Assembly (NCBI GenBank): GCA_046318155.1
Contig: JBKCUU010000122.1
Coordinates: 1-38,298 of the forward strand
Source of the DNA: Bdellovibrio sp.
Lineage (GTDB): Bacteria; Bdellovibrionota; Bdellovibrionia; Bdellovibrionales; Bdellovibrionaceae
Reading direction: 5' to 3'
DNA length: 38,298 nt
The notes beneath the pieces are model-generated. The model was not told where the DNA came from. It did not search any database and worked only from the letters and a program-made list of their open reading frames with translations. Position 1 is the stretch's first letter. Every line of letters begins with the position of its first letter. The translations under genes were made by a program, and so were the position numbers. Shown here piece after piece: positions 36,464-38,298 of this stretch.

Positions 36464-37042
36464 TTGGGTCCCGCCGTGCGTGCTCGTTTTTTTCGGATTT
36501 ATCATGTCCCAGTGGTCATCCAAGATAAAGTCGAGCGCGCAGACGTGCGAGTCTGCCTCGAAAGTGGCGTCGATCCGCTCTCCGGGATGACGCTCAATCT
36601 CACGCAAGTTGACTCGGCGGCTTCGCAATACCAAATTCAAATCAAAGATCAAAGTTTTGAAAGTGGCCGCCATTTTTTTAGAGAAATGCTGAACTTTTGG
36701 CAGCGTGAGTTGAGCCAGACGGGCGCCCAGCTGGCGGAGCTGACGCTGGCCGGCCTTTCATCACCGCAAGGCTGGTTCTGGCAGCAGGGCCTGGTAGATC
36801 CCTTAGTAAAAACTCGCGTTTGGACTCAAGTCCGATTTCAGCAGGAGCTGCGCCAAGGTTGGACCGACTATTTGATTCCGGAAGCGGCTATGCGTGAAAC
36901 TTCTTTGCCAATTTCTCAAATCTCGGTCACAGTCGCTGGCGAAAAAGAGATTGCGGCTCAGTTGGCACATCAATGCCCGGCCGCCATCCGAGCCAGCTTC
37001 CGGGACGACGCAACCGGTGAATCGTGGGGATACAAAAAATGA
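36464..37042 (+). CDS. Hypothetical protein with a degenerate PTPS/QueD-like segment
   Basis: Fills the gap exactly and is ATGA-coupled to the next gene; VDPLSGMTLNLTQVD resembles the PTPS segment IDP.TGMV.NL. Confidence 0.6.
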   Translation: MGPAVRARFFRIYHVPVVIQDKVERADVRVCLESGVDPLSGMTLNLTQVDSAASQYQIQIKDQSFESGRHFFREMLNFWQRELSQTGAQLAELTLAGLSSPQGWFWQQGLVDPLVKTRVWTQVRFQQELRQGWTDYLIPEAAMRETSLPISQISVTVAGEKEIAAQLAHQCPAAIRASFRDDATGESWGYKK

Positions 37043-38229
37043 AGAAAAGAGATCTGTTCGGTGACGAAGAATCAGAAGTCAAAGGTGAAGACTTTGAGAC
37101 CATGCTGAATCAAAGCATGAACGTCACCCGCCGCAAGGTGGGAGAAAGCTTTAAAGGCGAGATTCTCTCGATCGGAAAAGAGCAGGCCTTTATTTCAACC
37201 GGCACGCCCACCGATGGTCAAATTCCGACGCTCGAGCTTTTGAGCCCCGACAAAGTTTTGCAATTTAAGACGGGCGACGTGATCGAAGTGCGGGTGTTGC
37301 GCGTTCGCGAAGGCGAAATGCTTTTACGCCGTGAAGATGCCAAGGGTGCCGCAGCCGGTTTTGAAAACCTTGAAGATGCTTTCGACATGGAACTTCCGGT
37401 CGAAGGTAAAGTCCTTGAAGTCGTCAAAGGCGGATACCGCGTGCAGATCGGCAATGCCAAAGCCTTTTGTCCCATCAGCCAGATGGATCTTCGCGCGGGA
37501 GCCGACTCGGCGACCCACGTCGGTCAAAAATACGAATTTTTGGTGACCCAGTTTGAAGAAAAAGGCCGCAACATCGTGGTTTCGCGCCGCCGCTATCTTG
37601 AACAGCAAAGAACCGAGAGCGAAGGTCAATTTTTGCAAACCGCAAAGCCGGGTGATCTTTTTACCGGTACCATCATGCGCATCGAGAAGTTCGGCGCCTT
37701 TGTCTCAATCGACAATGGGCTTGAGGGTTTGATTCCAATTTCAGAAATGGCGTGGGGCCGTGTTCAAAATCCGGGTGATGTCGTGACTATCGGTCAAAAA
37801 GTACCCGTGGCTTTGATCAAAGCCGAAGAGCAGGGCGATCGTTTGCGCCTGTCGTTTTCGATGAAACAAGCGGGCGGTGAATCGGATCCGTGGCTCAAGG
37901 TCATGAATCAATGCCCAGTGGGCACCATCATTGAAGGCACGGTCGATAAAAAAGAAAACTTCGGTCTCTTTGTTCAGCTGGCTCCGGGGATCAGTGGTCT
38001 TTTACCGCGCTCAAAGTGGCGGGACAGCAGTGAGGCTTCGCAGTACGAGTCGAAGAAAAAAGGCGATAAAATTCAAGTGATGGTTCATCAAGTGCAGTTC
38101 GAAGAAAAGCGCCTGACCCTTGGGCTTCCTTCAGAAAAAGAAGACAGCGAGTGGCGCGACCACGCGGGAGCCGCGAGCGGCCCAGCAACCAAGGGGCTCG
38201 GCCCCCTGCGTGTTCTCTTCAAGAAGTAA
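37039..38229 (+). CDS. S1 RNA-binding domain protein (short RpsA-like, about 4 S1 domains)
   Basis: Motifs AFCPISQMD, NIVVSRR, FGAFV...GLEGLIPISEMAWGRV and FGLFVQL.PGISGLL; start at ATG 37039. Confidence 0.88.
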   Translation: MKKRDLFGDEESEVKGEDFETMLNQSMNVTRRKVGESFKGEILSIGKEQAFISTGTPTDGQIPTLELLSPDKVLQFKTGDVIEVRVLRVREGEMLLRREDAKGAAAGFENLEDAFDMELPVEGKVLEVVKGGYRVQIGNAKAFCPISQMDLRAGADSATHVGQKYEFLVTQFEEKGRNIVVSRRRYLEQQRTESEGQFLQTAKPGDLFTGTIMRIEKFGAFVSIDNGLEGLIPISEMAWGRVQNPGDVVTIGQKVPVALIKAEEQGDRLRLSFSMKQAGGESDPWLKVMNQCPVGTIIEGTVDKKENFGLFVQLAPGISGLLPRSKWRDSSEASQYESKKKGDKIQVMVHQVQFEEKRLTLGLPSEKEDSEWRDHAGAASGPATKGLGPLRVLFKK

Positions 38230-38298
38230 GAGTGCCTGCTTCCCTTTGCCGAAGCGGGGGGGGCCCCGGGGGGCGCCGGCGGGTGGCGCGGGCGGCGG

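Noticed and set aside
3005..37638. Many alternative-frame ORFs (e.g. 3005-3736+, 4645-5205-, 9875-10468+, 21443-22027-, 34263-34901+)
   Set aside because: They are antisense or frame shadows of well-supported genes and have no recognisable motifs.
38190..38298. Extremely GC-rich tail with G/C runs (possible G-quadruplex or hairpin) and an odd S1 C-terminus GLGPLRVLFKK
   Set aside because: It looks like low-quality contig-end sequence: composition shifts abruptly, and three single-base changes would give a more typical GLGTLGDLFKK ending. Read coverage is needed before any interpretation.

Overview
This is a gene-dense stretch of core chromosome, inferred from gene content and synteny to come from a Bdellovibrio-like predatory bacterium (Bdellovibrionota). 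Genes in order along the window: a truncated PhoD-family lipoprotein phosphatase (missed by the ORF track); a prpD-prpB-prpC methylcitrate operon; a secreted alpha/beta hydrolase; a TPR-TamB-Omp85 operon downstream of efp; a TPR gene divergent from ruvC-ruvA-ruvB-tfoX-like; a beta-propeller lipoprotein/beta-barrel pair; an orphan FliG-C-like gene; lpxC; ald; a minimal comEC divergent from TPR-LysM(TsaP-like)-dprA; lptF; a pseudo-receiver; trxA; mreC-mreD-mrdA-rodA; a PpiD/SurA-type chaperone; a degenerate PTPS-like gene; and a short S1-domain protein. I saw no tRNA, rRNA, CRISPR array or mobile element. The most interesting unannotated signal is a promoter-preceded structured RNA at 27.7 kb. 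It has two ANGGAC-loop hairpins (TwoAYGGAY/CsrA-sponge-like), and its base stem hides the SD and ATG of a 39-aa ORF with an alternating Lys/hydrophobic tract. Also notable are several sigma70-like promoters placed about 6 nt before SD-less start codons (leaderless mRNAs), arranged back-to-back in 72-83 bp gaps, and an IHF/DnaA-box-containing region between the DNA-uptake genes. All calls come from motif recognition by eye; no searches were run.
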